This document shows, piece by piece, positions 57,893 to 64,000 of a DNA stretch of 64,000 bases. Where the stretch lies: positions 256,001 through 320,000 of the forward strand of contig CAWAGQ010000007.1 of NCBI GenBank assembly GCA_963781585.1, written 5' to 3'. The notes under the pieces are model-generated. The model searched no databases. It saw nothing but the letters and a program-made list of their open reading frames with translations, and had not been told where the DNA came from. The stretch comes from an uncultured Gemmatimonadaceae bacterium (GTDB lineage: Bacteria > Gemmatimonadota > Gemmatimonadetes > Gemmatimonadales > Gemmatimonadaceae). Every line of letters begins with the position of its first letter. Within the stretch, counting starts at the first letter, position 1. A program made the translations under genes and the position numbers.

Positions 57893-59034
57893 TCAGACCT
57901 TGAGCAGTGCGTCGGCGATCGTCGCTATCTCGTCCGCCTCGCGCCACGCCTCCTCGAGGTCCTCCAGCTCGCCCTCCAGCGCACGACGCTCGCTCTCCTC
58001 GTGGGCGGCCATCTCCAGCGCCAGACGATCGACCAGCGGAACGTCGAGCAGGGCCGTCGCCGGCTCGCTCCCGATCCCACCGTTGCCCCAGAAGGTGCGG
58101 CCCGTCAGGCGGAAGGCCAGCCGCTCGACGTCGGTCGAGGCCACCTCGAGCGCGGTGACCGAGCTCGGCTCCGGGAGCGGCACGACGGCGAACCGGCTCC
58201 CCTTGTCGGCGCGCCCCCACGACGACCGCAAGGCGATCGCGAGCACCCGATTGAAGTAGCTGTCCGCGAAGGCGCTCTCATCCACCTTGTTCACCGCGGA
58301 CTCCAGCACGTCGTGCGAGAAGCCGCCGCCGCGCTCGGTGCCGTTGATGACCGCGAGCGCGCGTGCCGCGGCGCGCACGCCGTCGTCGCCTTCGATGGTG
58401 AGCACGCCGTCGTCGTGGGGGATGTGGAGCAACCACGGGCGCCCGGGCTCCGGGCGGACCAGCGCGGCCGAAGCGAGGTGACGGAAGCGCACCACCGCCA
58501 CCGGAGAATCGGGAGTGACCCCGGCCGTATCCGGCATGTGCATGAGGTCGAGCACGCGGTTGCCGTAGACCCTGAGGAGCAACTGCGCCATGGTCACCCC
58601 GGGCATCGCGATGCGCCGACCGCCGTGTCTGCTGGCGCAGCGAGCGAAGCGCGGCCACGAAGGTGGCCGCGGCGCGTTCCACCGCGCGCGCGCCGATCGG
58701 CGGCGCCGCGTGAGCACGCGGCCGTAGCGCCAGGCGGCCACCTCCGGTCGCAGCGCCGGCCCCACGCGGACCAGTTCCAGATCGCCGCGCAGCCAGGCGA
58801 GCCCGATGTTCCCCGAAGTGTACCGGAGCGAGGTGGCGCGGAACCGGCGCTCGCATTCCTCGACCGCTTCCAGCGTTCCTCGAGCGGTGCGAGGTTCCAC
58901 CGCGTGCAGTGCGGGCAGATGGCCCACAGGCAGCCCTTCTTCGGATCGAACGCCACCCGACGCGCGACGCTGAACGTCTCGAGGACGTCGTTCCGGCCTA
59001 GCGCGGAGTAGCAGAAGGTGCAGGTGGCGTACAT
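57893..59034 (-). CDS. Conserved-looking hypothetical protein with N-terminal zinc ribbon; frameshifted
   Basis: CTFC...CPHC pair; continues in another frame (ECERRF...AAWRYG) to LEMAAHEESERRALEGEL. Confidence 0.7.
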
Positions 59035-59247
59035 AAATGGGGTCAGACTCGATTTTCCTGTGACCCACGGAAGGGCGCACAATGAGAATTCTACAGTGTG
59101 GCGTTGTGGTCCGCCTCTCGCCAGACGCCCTGGACCTCCGCGACGGTGGGCAGGGACTCGGCTCGTGGGCCCCCGCCCGAGCCGCGGTCAATGCACGGTT
59201 CAGCGATGAGGCGGACCCTCGGGAGTCGCCATGCTAGTTTTCCTCTC

Positions 59248-59810
59248 GTGAACGTATCCGACGCCGTCCGTGCACGACGCTCGATCAAGCGATTCGAAGA
59301 TTGTCCCGTATCGCGCGAGGAGATCGAAACCCTCCTGGCCGCGGCTGCGCTCGCGCCGAACCACCGCCTCACCCAGCCCTGGCGGTTCTACGTCCTCGGC
59401 CCCGAAGCCCGATACGCCTGGGGGGGCTCGCGCTCGGTGCGCGCAAGGCCAAGAAGCTCGAGGACCTGGAACGCGCCCGCACGCTCCGTGACACCGTGGC
59501 GCAGGAGCATCGCGCCCTCCCGGCCGCGATCGCGGTCGCCATCGTGCATAACGACGATCCGGAGATTCGCGACGAAGACTACGCCGCCGCCATGATGGGC
59601 GTGCAGAACATGGCGCTCACCGCCGTGGAACTGGGACTTGGCACGCACATCAAGACCGGCGCGGTGATGAACGACCCGGCAGCGCGTGCCGCGGTGGGCG
59701 TGGGCGACGACGAGCGGATCGTGGCGCTGGTGCACCTTGGCCTTGCGGCCAAGTCGCCGCCGCCGAAGAATCGGGAGGCGGCTTCGACCCTGACGACGTG
59801 GATTCCCTGA
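59248..59810 (+). CDS. Nitroreductase family protein; frameshift at about 59420
   Basis: RRSIKRF, APNHRLTQPWRF, QNMALTAVELGLGT. Confidence 0.88.
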
Positions 59811-59812
59811 AC

Positions 59813-60466
59813 ATGTTCATCGGTCACTACGCGCTGGCTTTGGGAGCGAAACGAGTCGCTCCCCGCACTTCGCTCGGCACGCTCTTCGCGGCCACGTCGC
59901 TGGCGGACCTGCTCTGGCCGCTGCTCCTGCTCACCGGGTGGGAACGTGTCACTGTTGTCGGCGGGAACGATCCCTTCCTGGGACTCTCCTTCGACTGTAT
60001 CCCATCTCGCACAGCCTGCTCGCGCTGATCGGGTGGGGTCTGCTCCTTGGCCTGCTCTACCGAAGCCGCACCGGATACGCGCGCGGCGCCCTGGTGGTGG
60101 GTCTTGTCGTGGTGTGCAACTGGCTGCTCGATCTCATCGTCCACGTACCTGACCTGCCGCTTTATCCGGGTGGCGCGAAAGTGGGCTTTGGATTGTGGCG
60201 TTCGCCGGCGGCAACCGTCGCGGTCGAAGGCCTGATGTTCATCGTCGGCACCTGGATGTACCTGCGCGGCAGTCGAGCGCGCGACCGGGTCGGACGATAC
60301 GGATCATGGTCGCTGCTGGTGGTGCTGATTCTCTCGTATGTCGCATCGCTGTTCTCCCGGCCCACCGCCATCCGTGACCGCGCTCGCGATTGGCGGGACC
60401 GTCTTTGGCTGGTTGTTCGTGGCGTGGGCGGCGTGGGCGGACCGTCATCGGGAGGCGATCGCCTGA
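59813..60466 (+). CDS. Membrane protein, metal-dependent hydrolase (YdjM-like); two frameshifts
   Basis: MFIGH, ADLLWP, YPISHSL, LDLIVH.PDLPL. Confidence 0.75.
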
Positions 60467-60635
60467 GTTGTGCGGGTCGCCACCTCGTCCCCACGCTTTC
60501 GAATCAGATGCGGCACGGTGCGGATGGCGTCGCGGCACCAACAAGTGGGCGCGCCGAATCGCGGCAGCGGTGACGAGACGATATCTTTGCCACCTGACTC
60601 ATCCGGAGCGCCATCGTGGATTCCCCGTCTGCGGT

Positions 60636-63600
60636 ATGCCGTCGGTCGTGCCTCGCGGCATTGTGGGAATTCTTCTGTGGGGGACACCGGCTGTCGCGCA
60701 GTCGCCGTTCTCGTTCCTCCAGTGGCGTTCGATCGGTCCCGTGAACACCAGCGGGCGCGTGGACGATATCGCCGTGGCTCGTGTACGCGGCCAGGCGGAC
60801 GCGATCTACGTCGCCACCGCGTCGGGAGGGCTGTTCAAGAGCGCGAACAACGGCATTTCGTGGAAGCCGGTCTTCGACAGCGTGGACGCGATGATGTCCA
60901 TCGGCGCGGTGGCGGTGGCCCCGTCGTCGCCGCAGACGGTGTGGGTGGGAACCGGCGAAGCGAACACGCGTCAGAGCTCGAGCTGGGGCGACGGCGTCTA
61001 CCGCAGCACCGACGGGGGCGCCACCTGGACCACTGCCGGTCTCCGGGACACGCGACAGATCGGACGGATCGTCATCGATCCCACCGACCCGAACATCGTC
61101 TACGTCGCCGCCCAGGGGCACCTCTGGGGGCCTAACGAGGAACGCGGCGTCTTCCGGACAACGGACGCCGGGCGCACCTGGAAGAAGGTGCTGTACGTGG
61201 ACGAGAACACCGGGGCCAACGATCTGGTCATCGATCCGACCGATCCCGAGACCCTCTACGCCAGTACCTACCAGCGGCAGCGTCGCACCTGGGGCTTCAA
61301 CGGAGGCGGTCCCGGAAGTGCGATCTACAAGACCACCGACCGCGGCGCCACCTGGAACAAGCTCACCACCGGGCTGCCCTCCGGCGACAAGGGGCGGATC
61401 GGACTCGCCATCTATATGAGTGACCCGCGCGTCGTGTACGCCACGATCGAGGCCGCTCCGGCTGCTTCGGGTTCCACGGACGGACCCGGGATCTATCGCA
61501 CCCTCGATGGCGGAACGTCGTGGGAGAAGATCTCGAACCTGAACGTGCGGCCCAACTACTACTCCGAGATCCGCATCGACCCGCGGGACCGGGACCACGT
61601 CTACACCCTCGGCTCCAATCGCGGCTTCTACTTCTCGGATGACGGCGGGAAGACGTTCACGGAACTCTTCAGCAACGTCCACTCCGAGGACCACGCGTTG
61701 TGGGTCGATCCCGACGCACCCAATCACATGATCGTGGGCGGCGACGGCGGGATCTCCATCTCCTGGGATCGCGGGCGCACCTGGGATTTCCGGCGCAACA
61801 TGCCGATCGGCCAGTTCTACGAGGTCGACGTGGACAACAAGGTGCCGTTCACGATCTGCGGCGGGTTGCAGGACAACGGCGTGTGGTGCGTGCCGAGCGG
61901 CGTCCGGAACCGGAACGGCATCGCCGATCGCGACGCCTGGAACATCGGCGGCGGCGACGGCTTTCATGCGCACTTCGACCCCACCAATCCGTCGCTGGTC
62001 ATTCAGGAGTCGCAGAACGGCAACGTGGCCTGGGTGAACATCGGGACGCTGGAGCGACAGGGGGTCCGGCCCGGGAGTGGCGAGCCGCCTCCACCTCCGG
62101 CGCCCGGCGGCGGCCGCGGCGGAAGGGGAGCGGCGTCAGGCGGTCGCGGTGGAGGGGGAGGGGGAGGGGGCCGCGGCAGCGGATACCGCTGGAACTGGGA
62201 CACGCCCATCGTCAACTCACCGCATGATCCGGCAACCTGGTACATGGGAGCGCAGGTGCTCTTCCGGAGCAGGGATCGTGGCTCGAGCTGGACGAAAATC
62301 AGCCCCGACCTCACGCTCGACATCGATCGCGACACGCTGAAAATGATGGGCGCGGTGGTCGGTCCCACTGCGCTCTCCCGCAACGACGGGCAGTCCAACT
62401 ACGGGTCGATCACGTCGATTGGTGAATCGCCGGTGGACGCGCAGGTGATCTGGACCGGCAGCGACGATGGCCAGGTGCAGGTCACCAGAGACGGCGGCAG
62501 CACCTGGACCAACGTGACGTCACGCATCCCCGGAGTGCCGCCGCAGACCTACGTGAGCACGGTCCTGCCGTCGCGGTTCAAGGGGGGACGGATCTACGTC
62601 ACGTTCGACGGGCACTACATGGACGACTACAAACCCTATGTCTTCGTGAGCGACGACTTCGGCGCCACCTGGCGGTCGCTGGCGGCCGGACTTCCCGAGA
62701 CGTCCATCAATCGGATCCGCGAGCATCCGCGCAACCCCCGCGTACTGGTGCTCGCCCACGAGCGCGGCGCGCACTTCTCCAACGACGGCGGCGCGACCTG
62801 GATTCCGCTCACCACCAACCTGCCGACGGTTCCGGTGGACGACGCGGTATTCCAGGAGCGCGAGAACGCTCTCGTGCTCGGCACCCACGGCCGTGGCATC
62901 TGGGTGCTGGACGACGCCGGCCCGCTCGAGTCGCTGACGGCGGACGCGATGCGACGCGACGCCGTGTTGTTGCCGATTCCGCGCGCGTATCTGATGAGCA
63001 CGTTTTCGCCGCAGGCGTGGTACGGCTACGGGGAGTACTTCTCGCCCAATCCCGAGTGGGACGCGGTGATTTCGTACTACGCGGGCCACGGCGCGAGCGG
63101 CGTGGCGACGATCGTGGTGAAGGACGCGTCAGGAGCGACGATCCGGACGCTGGAGGGTCCGGTCGCGAAGGGCGTGAACCGCGTCGTCTGGGACCTTCGC
63201 CATGCACCGCCGGTCGACTCGGCCAACGTGCCGGCCGCCGGGGGACGGGGCGGGGGCGGAGGCGGGCGCGGCGCGCCATCGGGCGTGACCGTGGTTGGAT
63301 TCTCGGGCGGTGGAGGAGGCGGTCGCGGTAACGCGCCGCTCGGCCCACTCGTTCTTCCCGGGCGCTATGCCGTCAGCGTCCGGGTTCCGGGAGTCACGGC
63401 GCCGCTCACCGGGAGCGTAAGCGTCGAAGCCGATCCGTTGACGCACATGTCGAACGCGGACCGACTGGCGCGGCAGGCCGTCCTCATGCGCATTTACTCG
63501 TGGACGAAAGCGTTAGGCGAGGCGCGTGTCGCGGCGAGAGCGCTGATGGGTCAGCGCGACTCGATCCGGGCGGACTTCCTGGGAGGCGGCACCGCCGATG

Positions 63601-63896
63601 CCGGCGCCCAAGCCGATTCGCTGAACGCGCGTATTACGCGGCTGGCGGCGGACGTGGACCGCGCACTCAACGCCGTCAACGGACACCGCGCGCCGATCGA
63701 GGGGTGGAGCGGGATGCCGACGGCCGATCAGCAGAAGGCGTTGGGGTACGCGGTCGCGGATGCGCGGAAGGCTCTGACCGAGTTGCAATCGCTGACCGGA
63801 AGCGATCTCCCGAATGCCTATCGACAGGTGACCGGAAGAGCCTGGGCTCGCGCGGTGAAAGCGCCCCCGCCGCCGCCCGGGGGAGGAGGCGATTGA
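60636..63896 (+). CDS. Secreted VPS10/BNR-repeat beta-propeller protein with Gly/Arg-rich inserts
   Basis: WRSIGPVNTSGR, multiple SxDGGxTW boxes, MPIGQFY, GTHGRGIWVLDD; start uncertain. Confidence 0.88.
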   Translation: MPSVVPRGIVGILLWGTPAVAQSPFSFLQWRSIGPVNTSGRVDDIAVARVRGQADAIYVATASGGLFKSANNGISWKPVFDSVDAMMSIGAVAVAPSSPQTVWVGTGEANTRQSSSWGDGVYRSTDGGATWTTAGLRDTRQIGRIVIDPTDPNIVYVAAQGHLWGPNEERGVFRTTDAGRTWKKVLYVDENTGANDLVIDPTDPETLYASTYQRQRRTWGFNGGGPGSAIYKTTDRGATWNKLTTGLPSGDKGRIGLAIYMSDPRVVYATIEAAPAASGSTDGPGIYRTLDGGTSWEKISNLNVRPNYYSEIRIDPRDRDHVYTLGSNRGFYFSDDGGKTFTELFSNVHSEDHALWVDPDAPNHMIVGGDGGISISWDRGRTWDFRRNMPIGQFYEVDVDNKVPFTICGGLQDNGVWCVPSGVRNRNGIADRDAWNIGGGDGFHAHFDPTNPSLVIQESQNGNVAWVNIGTLERQGVRPGSGEPPPPPAPGGGRGGRGAASGGRGGGGGGGGRGSGYRWNWDTPIVNSPHDPATWYMGAQVLFRSRDRGSSWTKISPDLTLDIDRDTLKMMGAVVGPTALSRNDGQSNYGSITSIGESPVDAQVIWTGSDDGQVQVTRDGGSTWTNVTSRIPGVPPQTYVSTVLPSRFKGGRIYVTFDGHYMDDYKPYVFVSDDFGATWRSLAAGLPETSINRIREHPRNPRVLVLAHERGAHFSNDGGATWIPLTTNLPTVPVDDAVFQERENALVLGTHGRGIWVLDDAGPLESLTADAMRRDAVLLPIPRAYLMSTFSPQAWYGYGEYFSPNPEWDAVISYYAGHGASGVATIVVKDASGATIRTLEGPVAKGVNRVVWDLRHAPPVDSANVPAAGGRGGGGGGRGAPSGVTVVGFSGGGGGGRGNAPLGPLVLPGRYAVSVRVPGVTAPLTGSVSVEADPLTHMSNADRLARQAVLMRIYSWTKALGEARVAARALMGQRDSIRADFLGGGTADAGAQADSLNARITRLAADVDRALNAVNGHRAPIEGWSGMPTADQQKALGYAVADARKALTELQSLTGSDLPNAYRQVTGRAWARAVKAPPPPPGGGGD

Positions 63897-64000
63897 CACG
63901 CGGGACGCGCTTCGGCGAACTCATCGGCTCGGCTGCCGCCCCGTCCACGGACCGCCGCTCCTGCGACGTCGCAGCCCCCGCAACTCAGTGGGAAGATGAC

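Overview
High-GC bacterial chromosomal window. The gene content (ADOP orphan permeases, Ser/Thr kinase-TPR, VPS10/BNR propeller proteins) suggests Gemmatimonadota; this is inference. There are about 45 genes and no rRNA, tRNA or CRISPR array. From left to right: (1) a DosR-regulon-like stress cluster (phosphoribosyltransferase, hydrolase, 2 CBS, BON) interrupted by an intact IS5 with a CTAG target duplication; (2) a LytS/LytTR pair facing a secreted protein and two ADOP permeases, one internally deleted; (3) a GMC dehydrogenase, a Thr-type sulfatase-fold enzyme, a GH30-like lipoprotein and two tandem paralogous lipoproteins, each with its own c-di-GMP-I-like riboswitch and terminator; (4) USP, P-type ATPase, kinase and MFS genes; (5) a Fic / AAA-ATPase / GHKL-ATPase patch with palindromic operators; (6) a papain-like protease and a VanY-like/MpaA/SpmAB peptidoglycan module. 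The two strongest non-routine signals are a heptamer, CCTAACG, found at least 21 times on both strands and often forcing rare TTA/CTA codons, and the duplicated riboswitch-lipoprotein units. Many genes between 37 and 60.5 kb are frameshifted, most likely from long-read indel errors. Product calls come from motif recognition only; no searches were run.
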